DNA of 64,000 bases from Eledone cirrhosa (Eukaryota): the NCBI GenBank assembly GCA_964016885.1, contig OZ024758.1, positions 4,712,001 through 4,776,000 of the forward strand. Reading direction: 5' to 3'. Positions 55,636 through 64,000 of this stretch are shown piece after piece. How positions within the stretch are numbered: the first letter of the stretch is position 1; every line of letters starts with the position of its first letter. The position numbers and the translations under genes were made by a program. Below the pieces are notes generated by a model. That model made no database searches and was not told the origin of the DNA. It saw only the letters and a program-made list of their open reading frames with translations.

Positions 55636-56514
55636 TTGCTTATTTTGTGCAATGTACGGCATTTATCAACTGTCTATTCGGACATTGATACATTGCCATA
55701 AATGTTTGGAGGTAGAGCTTTTATAAGATAGATGAAAGGAAAGAAGCAGAAGTAGTCTAGAGAGAGGTTTGAGGTCAAAACGTGAAGATTGTAATTTCTC
55801 CCATCATTTCTACAATTTCCGCGTCCTCGATTATTAAAACAGAAATTATTAAAACATATTAGCAACTTTAAATGGGTATTTTATATTCTTTTTATAGCGT
55901 TTTTTATTGCTTTAATAGCTGAACTGTAGCTTTAATTGCTGAACTATGAAGACATTCCAGAGTTTATGTTGTACGAGAAGCCCCTGAACCGACCATCAAA
56001 TCTAATTTCCCTTCACCAAATCAGAAAAGAAATTACTACTTAGATAAAGCACTTCCTTGCCGGAAGCGAATCAGTCACAATTATTACCGATAATTTACTA
56101 CACACAGAAACGAGTAAAAGTAATTTGATTGGATATCTTAATACTTATCCATAATTACTGCCATTAAGTGAAGTTAAATAATAATTAACAATTTTATAGT
56201 TCAGGCTATATTTTGTTTCTGAGTTCAAAAGATATGATTATAGCAAACTTTGTATGAAATTAGATTCATTGAGTCATAGAGAAATGTTAATGAACTGTCC
56301 ATGGAATTGAAGACAGTTGTTACACGAGAAGACAATTACAGTTTAAATATGTAAGTTCTCTAATAAACACCAATTGAGGAACCGGAATCATAACGTCTGA
56401 CCCCCCAAATAAACCTGGCTCCGATCCATATGTGAAATATCAATTCCGCAGAAAGAAAAAATTCTGACTTTCTCACCAACCATCATACATGTATAACGTG
56501 TACAGTAGCATGTA

Positions 56515-56902
56515 CAGGGTGGGCCAGAATTCATGACTCGCTTGTTAGTTATTGCTTTACATGCTTATTTTATTGTTATTGTATTGTTTTAATTTATTAT
56601 TTTATTTTTTAATATGCTTAGCAGGTTTCTTAATTTATATTTTTATTTCTTAATATGCCTCACGGGTTTTTTATTTTTATTTTTTTCTAAATTTGATTAA
56701 CCCTGTATTCTATTTGTTGTAAATAATCAAGTGAGTTATGAATTCTGGCCCACCTTGTATATCTATTAAAATAATCAAGTGAGTCATGAATTCTGGCCCA
56801 CCTTGTATATCTATTAAAATAATCAAGTGAGTCATGAATTCTGGCCCACCTTGTATATCTATTGTAAATAATCAAGTGAGTCATGAATTCTGGCCCAGAC
56901 TG
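56515..56902. mobile_element. Tc1-like MITE with right TIR in four tandem copies
   Basis: ta-cagggtgggccagaattcatgactc left end; gagtcatgaattctggccca repeated with ~48-bp period at 56720-56902. Confidence 0.8.
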
Positions 56903-56989
56903 TATAGCATTCCTTTACTTGGTCATCCATTTTGATTTGTCCTCAACAGTTAGTCAAAACTGGAGAGAGCGTAATGGGAAACGCACAAA

Positions 56990-57425
56990 TGTGTGTGTGT
57001 GCGTGTAACTCTGTATATGTGTGTGTGTGCGTGTAACTCTGTATATGTGTGTGTGTGCGTGTAACTCTGTATATGTGTGTGTGTGCGTGTAACTCTGTAT
57101 ATGTGTGTGTGTGCGTGTAACTCTGTATATGTGTGTGTGTGCGTGTAACTCTGTATATGTGTGTGTGTGCGTGTAACTCTGTATATGTGTGTGTGTGCGT
57201 GTAACTCTGTATATGTGTGTGTGTGCGTGTAACTCTGTATATGTGTGTGTGTGCGTGTAACTCTGTATATGTGTGTGTGTGCGTGTAACTCTGTATATGT
57301 GTGTGTGTGCGTGTAACTCTGTATATGTGTGTGTGTGCGTGTAACTCTGTATATGTGTGTGTGTGCGTGTAACTCTGTATATGTGTGTGTGTGCGTGTAA
57401 CTCTGTGTGCGTGTAACTCTGTATA
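56990..57425. repeat. 28-bp minisatellite ~x15
   Basis: gcgtgtaactctgtatatgtgtgtgtgt. Confidence 0.95.
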
Positions 57426-57879
57426 TGTGTGTCTGTATATGTGTGTCTGTATATGTGTGCCTGTATATGTGTGCCTGTATATGTGTGCCTGTATATGTGT
57501 GCCTGTATATGTGTGCCTGTATATGTGTGTGTATATGTGTGTCTGCGTCTGTGTGCGTGCGTGTGTATGTGCGTCTGTATATGTGTGTGTGCGTGTGTGT
57601 GTCTGTATATGCGTGTGTGCGTGTGTGTGTCTTTTGATATTGTTCAGATTGCCAGAATCTCTCGTACAAGGAATTTATAGACATACGAGCCCGCGGGCTA
57701 AAGTGGGTTGCCAAGAAACCCCGACTAGCGCCATATTGGTTGAGAATCAGCATCCAGGAGATTTAACGAAAAAAAACAATTTAATCTAATAACAAATGTA
57801 TTTGATAATTCAAAATGGAGAAAGCAGGATTTGCTAACAATGTTTAAAATCAATTTTTGTTCATGTTATAAAGATCATA

Positions 57880-58131
57880 TATATATAGAGAGAGATAGAT
57901 AGATAGATAGATATATATATATATAGAGAGAATAGCTAGATATATATATATAGAGAGAATAGCTAGATATATATATATAGAGAGAATAGCTAGATATATA
58001 TATATATAGAGAGAGAGAATAGCTAGATATATATATATAGAGAGAGAGAGAATAGCTAGATATATATATATATAGAGAGAGAGAGAATAGCTAGATATAT
58101 ATATATATATATAGAGAGAGAGAATAGCTAG

Positions 58132-58164
<33 letters not shown>

Positions 58165-58279
58165 ATAGCTAGATATATATATATATATAGAGAGAGAGAA
58201 TAGCTAGATATATATATATATATATATATATAGAGAATAGCTAGATATATATATATATATATAGAGAGAGAATAGCTAG

Positions 58280-58310
<31 letters not shown>

Positions 58311-58353
58311 ATAGCTAGATATATATATATATAGAGAGAGAGAGAATAGCTAG

Positions 58354-58388
<35 letters not shown>

Positions 58389-58917
58389 ATAGCTAGATAT
58401 ATATATATATATAGAGAGAGAGAATAGCTAGATATATATATATATATATATATAGAATAGCTAGATATATATATAGAGAGAATAGCTAGATATAGATATA
58501 TATATAGAGAATAGCTAGATATATATATATAGAGAGAGAATAGCTAGATATATATATATAGAGAGAGAATAGCTAGATATATATATATATATAGAGAGAG
58601 AGAGAATAGCTAGATATATATATATAGAGAATAGCTAGATATAGATATATATATAGAGAATAGCTAGATATATATATATAGAGAGAGAATAGCTAGATAT
58701 ATATATATATATAGAGAGAGAGAGAATAGCTAGATATATATATATAGAGAATAGCTAGATATAGATATATATATAGAGAATAGCTAGATATATATATATA
58801 GAGAGAGAATAGCTAGATATATATATATAGAGAGAATAGCTAGATATATATATATAGAGAATAGCTAGATATATATATATAGAGAATAGCTAGATATATA
58901 TATATATAGAGAATAGC

Positions 58918-58985
<68 letters not shown>

Positions 58986-59039
58986 TGATAGCTAGATATA
59001 TATATAGAGAGAAAGATAGATAGATAAATAGATATAGAT

Positions 59040-59073
<34 letters not shown>

Positions 59074-59104
59074 ATCTATTTATTTATAGAGAGAGAGAGA
59101 GAGA

Positions 59105-59130
<26 letters not shown>
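57880..59130. repeat. compound (TA)n(GA)n-ATAGCTAG minisatellite
   Basis: agaatagctagatatat recurs with variable dinucleotide lengths. Confidence 0.95.
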
Positions 59131-59133
<3 letters not shown>

Positions 59134-59136
<3 letters not shown>

Positions 59137-59345
59137 CGAGGGAAAAGTGGTAAGGAACCAGGTGGACCATAACGCACCAAAGTACTCAATGCTTAGGGTA
59201 GTAGAGTGGGTAATAGGAGTAAGTAAGACCCCGACGGCTGAGCTCAAGCCGTTTCGACGGCTAATTCTGTACTCAATTAGCCGTCGAAACAGAATTAGCC
59301 GTCGAAACGGCTTGAGCTCAGCCGTCGGGGTCTTACTTACTCCTA

Positions 59346-59346
<1 letters not shown>
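59134..59346 (-). mobile_element. family C palindromic element
   Basis: Arms 59213-59270 / 59289-59346, with an extra aattagccgtcgaaac copy at the junction. Confidence 0.78.
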
Positions 59347-59383
<37 letters not shown>

Positions 59384-59386
59384 ATA

Positions 59387-59550
59387 ATAATTGTTTCTAC
59401 TTTTGGCGAAAGGCCAGCAATTACCCCAGTGCATTACTGGTACTTTATCGACCCCGTAAGGATGAAAGGCAAAGTTAACCTCGGCGGGATTTGAACTCAG
59501 ACCGTAAAGGGCCGTAACTTTATACGTCAAAGCATGGCGTCCGACCCTCT
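59387..59550 (-). mobile_element. SINE family 1
   Basis: Tail to mid-head. Confidence 0.85.
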
Positions 59551-59845
59551 ATATATAGTAATAATAATAATATTTATACTTATATATGAGTTATATATAA
59601 TTATAAATATGGAGGGAAGTACTAAGTACTAGGTAAGGAAACAATTGTCAGCAATTAAATGTATTAAAGTAAAATTTGATTGTTTTATATGTGTGTGTGT
59701 ATATGTATATATATATGTGTATATGTATATATATATATGTGTGTGTATATGTATATATATATATATATGTGTATATGTATATATATGTATATATATGTAT
59801 ATTAATTCAAAATATTAACAAAATAGATATTCTTGTGATCAATTA

Positions 59846-59912
59846 TATTTTATTATACATATTTCAGAGGTACTGAGTTAAGTTCAACAGTACGTCCTCA
59901 TCAGATAAAATA
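59846..59912 (-). ncRNA. type I hammerhead ribozyme (family A2), best-formed copy
   Basis: TATTTTAT-CTGATGA-gga-c-GTACTG-ttgaacttaact-CAGTAC-c-tct-GAAA-tatgta-TA-ATAAAATA; perfect 8-bp stem I. Confidence 0.78.
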
Positions 59913-61670
59913 AAATGATGCATGACATACCCTTCCAATCTATTGTAAAACTCATTCTTTGATGTATTCATTGAACCTTGTTTAACTTTTAAATATGTAT
60001 ATATATATATGTATATATGTGTATATATATATGTACATGTATATGTGTATATGTATATATGTGTATATATATATGTGTATATATATATGTGTATGTATAT
60101 ATGTGTATGTATATATGTGTGTATCTATGTGTATCTATGTGTATGTATATATGTATATATATAAATCCCCCCCCCCCCCTCATCTCTCTTTTTCTCACCC
60201 CATCATCTCTCTCTCTATATATATATCTGTCTAACTCACTCTTTCCTCTTTCTCCCTCCCTCGCGTTGTCATTCTCTTATGTCTCTCTCCAACTCACTCA
60301 TTCCTCTTTTTCTCTCTTATTCTCTCTCTCACTTTGTCTTTCTCTCCCCCGCATCTCTCTCTCTCGCTTTGTCTTTCTCTCCTTATGTAACTCTTTCCTC
60401 TTTCTATTTCTCTCTCTCCCTCGCTGTCTTTCTCTCCTCCTCATCTCTTCATCTCACTGTCTCTCACTCTCATTCCTCTTACTCTCCCTCGCTGTCTTTC
60501 TCTCCCCCTTATGTATCTCTCTCCCTCACCTCACTGTCTTTCTCTACCCTACAACTCTCTCTCCCAGCTGTTGGAGCTGGTGGTGGGGGTCTAGTGGTGA
60601 TGGTGATAGTGTTGGTGGTTGCGATGGTAGTGTTGGTGGGTGTGATGGTTTCAATGGTGCTGGTTGTGTTGTAGTGGTTTTGGTGATTTTGATGATGTTT
60701 GTGATGATGGTGATGCTGATGTGTTGTTGGTGGTGTTAGTGATGCTGGCCATGTTAGTGATACTAGTGGTTTTGATGATGATGATGATGAAATTGATTGA
60801 TTCCCGAGAAAGGGAAGACATATTCGTAGAGGGCGCTGTTTTCTTTTAATCTTAGTTTCTTTGAAATATGATATATTTATTTCTTTGTTTTTTTCGTTCT
60901 CCTTGTTTTTATAATTCTTAACCGTTATTGGTGTTGTTGCAGATGTTGTTGTTGCAGTTGTTGCTGTTGCAGATGTTGTTGGCAGTAAGTGAATGCTGCA
61001 CTAAACATTGGCCAAATATCAACTTCGATGCCTTTATATTACAATTGTAATCCCATTGCAGTTAACTTAACTGCTTTCATCTTTTTAGGATTCCATAAAT
61101 ATATTCAGTGTTTTGTGTTGTTGTTGTTGTTGTTGTCAGTGTTGTAGTATCTCTTTTGTGTGATGAATGTAGTGGAGTGCGGTCGGTGGGTACAATACCC
61201 TCTTGACTTACAAAAGCAATGTCGTGGCCAGTTTTGCAGGGCGGGGGGAAGAAAATTGATTTTAAAAATAAACAGCAAAACTAATTAACAAAACAGAGAT
61301 ACTCTCAAAGCTAATACCCTCTCAGACTTACCACAAAAATACCCTTAGCTTTCTCACTAATAAATAAGAATCATTTTTAAATGTTTATTGTCGATTTAAT
61401 GATTTCAAATCTAATTTATGGAAGATGCTTTGAAGTGAAAAAGTTTGTTCTACGTTGGTGATCATCAATACATCTTACATCTCAACATATTATCTCTACA
61501 TCTACACCCTCGACATGTTTTACATTTCTGTCATTCTCTCCCAGTCTTTTATCTTTGTTTTGGGGGGAGAGGGTATTCAGGGAAGGGATGCTATATATTT
61601 ATATATTTCCCTTTTTTTTTTTTGAATGGGTTTCATTTTACTTCTTTCTTTCCGATCCCTAGACAATAAT

Positions 61671-61861
61671 TGTTTCTACTTTTGGCACAAGGCCAGCAAT
61701 TATCGACCCCAGTGCATTACTTGTACTTTATTTTATCGACCCCGTAAGGATGAAAGGAAAAGTTAACCTCGGCGGGATTTGAACTCAGACCGTAAAGGGC
61801 CGTAACTCTGTGCTGCAAAGCATGGTGTCCGACCCTCTATTGATACTGCCAACCCACCGCC
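61671..61861 (-). mobile_element. SINE family 1 with TSD
   Basis: cctagacaataat on both flanks. Confidence 0.9.
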
Positions 61862-62136
61862 CTAGACAATAATATTTCTACAGCACAACTGCAGGGATCC
61901 GGGATATATTTACCAGTTTTAAACGATATCTGTTTCGCTAGCCATTCTAACCTAAGGGACGTGTGCATTCTGGCAAGAGCATGGAGGATGTGCGACATGA
62001 CTTCACTGCAAGATTCGGAAAACCAGCTCCTCCGAAGAGGACGATACCACAATGGGAACATGAACTGTTTCTCATTACTTTTTGGTAGGGGGGGGGGTGA
62101 CAAGACTTTCGAGCCGCCCACTACATACAATTCCGA

Positions 62137-62317
62137 ATTGGCAGTATCGATAGAGGGTCAGACGCCATGCTTTGCAGCACAGTTACGTCCCTTTACGATC
62201 TGAGTTCAAATCCCGCCGAGGTTGACTTTGCCTTTCATCCTTACGGGGTCGATAAAATAAAGTACCAGTAATGCACTGGGTAAGTGCTGGCCTTGTGCCT
62301 AAAGTAGAAACAATTAT
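62137..62317 (+). mobile_element. SINE family 1
   Basis: Near-consensus copy. Confidence 0.9.
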
Positions 62318-62329
62318 TAAAGTCGTGGG

Positions 62330-62455
62330 TGGCAGACTCCTTACTCATACTTTCGAGTGGGTCCTGTCAGGGGCAACCGTCTCCAATAGATGAGACTGAA
62401 TCCCCAAGCGAAAGCAGCCGAGCTCTTGGATGTTATCCAACCATCTAGCTCAGAA
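62330..62455 (-). mobile_element. RTE-like family R3 fragment
   Basis: Minus strand agatggttggataacatcca..cgcttggggattca. Confidence 0.55.
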
Positions 62456-63770
62456 TCTATATATTTATTTTAGATTAACGTGGGGCCTTTATATTTTTTA
62501 AGCAAACGTAAATGAATTGAAGTTATAAGATGCAAGAATTGAAACAGATATCTTTATACGATGACAGTCGCTTATATTTACCCGACCAACATTCACTGAG
62601 GAAAAAAACAAACATCAAAATTCCGAAAATATTATAGATTTCGATCAAAGGTTTTTTTTCTTTTTTTCTTTTGGCACATCGTAATAAAATACTCACGAGG
62701 TTTAATAATAAAATGTCTTAAGGAAGCATCCACATGATAGAATTGCAATTGTCATTACGATTTTAGAATTGGATGCATGACGGATGTATGCAAAGGTTTC
62801 CCTTGTCTAACCTTATTCAATGTCTCTAATAATGTTATTTGCCAACGGCAATTAATCTGCAATTCATTTCCCATTGAAAGCCCGAGTGTAACCTCAGTAA
62901 GTTGCTTTATGGATTTGACTGCAAGATAGATCTATTGGTGATTCACTGTCGAAAGTTATCAGCAAATTGACTTCATTCTTTCAGACTTTTAGTGAAAGAA
63001 AAAGTGCAACAATTTTGGCAACTGACCAGCATTTAGCGGTAGAAACGAACTTTAATCCGACCAACGAATATCTTGCAATTCCCAGAGTTTATGCTATTAT
63101 TCTATGGCTTTCATCCAAACAAGTCTCCCTGCTAGTCTTCCTGCAACATTAGAAGCCCTGCAACAATGTAAACATTACTTTTATTCATTTAAAAGTCCCT
63201 ATTAACATCTAGCCTCTAGGGCCCCTTGGCATCTCCAAACAGCCAGACTCTTGATAAAACAGTTTTCTATAAACTAAATCTGCAATTTTAACGCATAATT
63301 TCATTATATATCTGTAAACATTAATCAAAATGTTTCAACTAATTCCCTAAAAACTTCATAAAACTGTCACAAAGATTAACTATGTTACTTATTTAATTGT
63401 TTCAGATATTTCATATCTACACATGCTATTCCCTTGGCATGGGTCTTTTTTCCAAATGGGAGAACAAATAATTATTCTAATAGTTGACATCTCGTTAAAA
63501 TTATTATTCATAATTGAATAAATTCTGTTTATAAACATCGCGTGTGAAGCTCGAACATTGGAACTTACGAAGCGCTGAGAGAATAAATTTATAGAAGATA
63601 TGTGGTGTTCAATAGCAGAAAATAACTGTAAAGACAGTCAGCTGCTATTTAAAGTAAATGTAACTACAGATATATTCTACGCTCGAGAATCCTACATCTT
63701 TTATATCTGTTAATATTTAAGGCACACTCCAGACAGATCCTTATTCATATATTTGTGTACCCAGATAAGG

Positions 63771-63880
63771 GTTTCTACTATAGGCACAAGTTCAACAGTT
63801 TGGAGGAGGGGTAAATCGATTAAATCAACTCCAGTGCATTATTGGTGCTTTTTTTATCGACCCCGTGAAGGATGAAGGGC
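63771..63880 (-). mobile_element. SINE family 1 3' half
   Basis: Tail and core. Confidence 0.75.
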
Positions 63881-63904
63881 ACATGTACATATACATACAT
63901 ACAC

Positions 63905-63947
<43 letters not shown>

Positions 63948-64000
63948 CATACACATATATATATATATATACATACACATATATACATATATATATATAT

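Noticed and set aside
63095-63170. Possible terminal exon on the minus strand (ASNVAGRLAGRLVWMKAIE*) after ttgcag
   Set aside because: Too short, no homology recognised, no partner exons found.

Overview
AT-rich, microsatellite-dominated animal non-coding DNA (intergenic or intronic). The repeat families and the long (TA)n/(TACA)n tracts resemble Octopus/cephalopod sequence (inference). I cannot support any host protein-coding exon; nearly all long ORFs in the track are translations of simple repeats. The window contains about 20 copies of one tRNA-derived SINE, 3 copies of a second SINE, decayed LINE 3' ends (CR1/L2-like, several RTE-like families, a CRE-like family with restriction-like endonuclease), Tc1/mariner and hAT MITEs, and several minisatellites born from pieces of transposons. 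The main hidden signal is a set of at least 6 sequence-distinct families of short, mostly (TA)n-embedded, often palindromic elements that carry type I hammerhead ribozyme motifs (CUGANGA-stem II-GAAA-stem III-UH). Nine copies have intact cores, with compensatory base changes between relatives. Many more are half or decayed ribozymes whose inversion or truncation junction falls in or next to stem II. This fits Penelope-like retroelement termini or non-autonomous retrozyme-like elements, and suggests stem-II snap-back during reverse transcription. All folds were done by eye.
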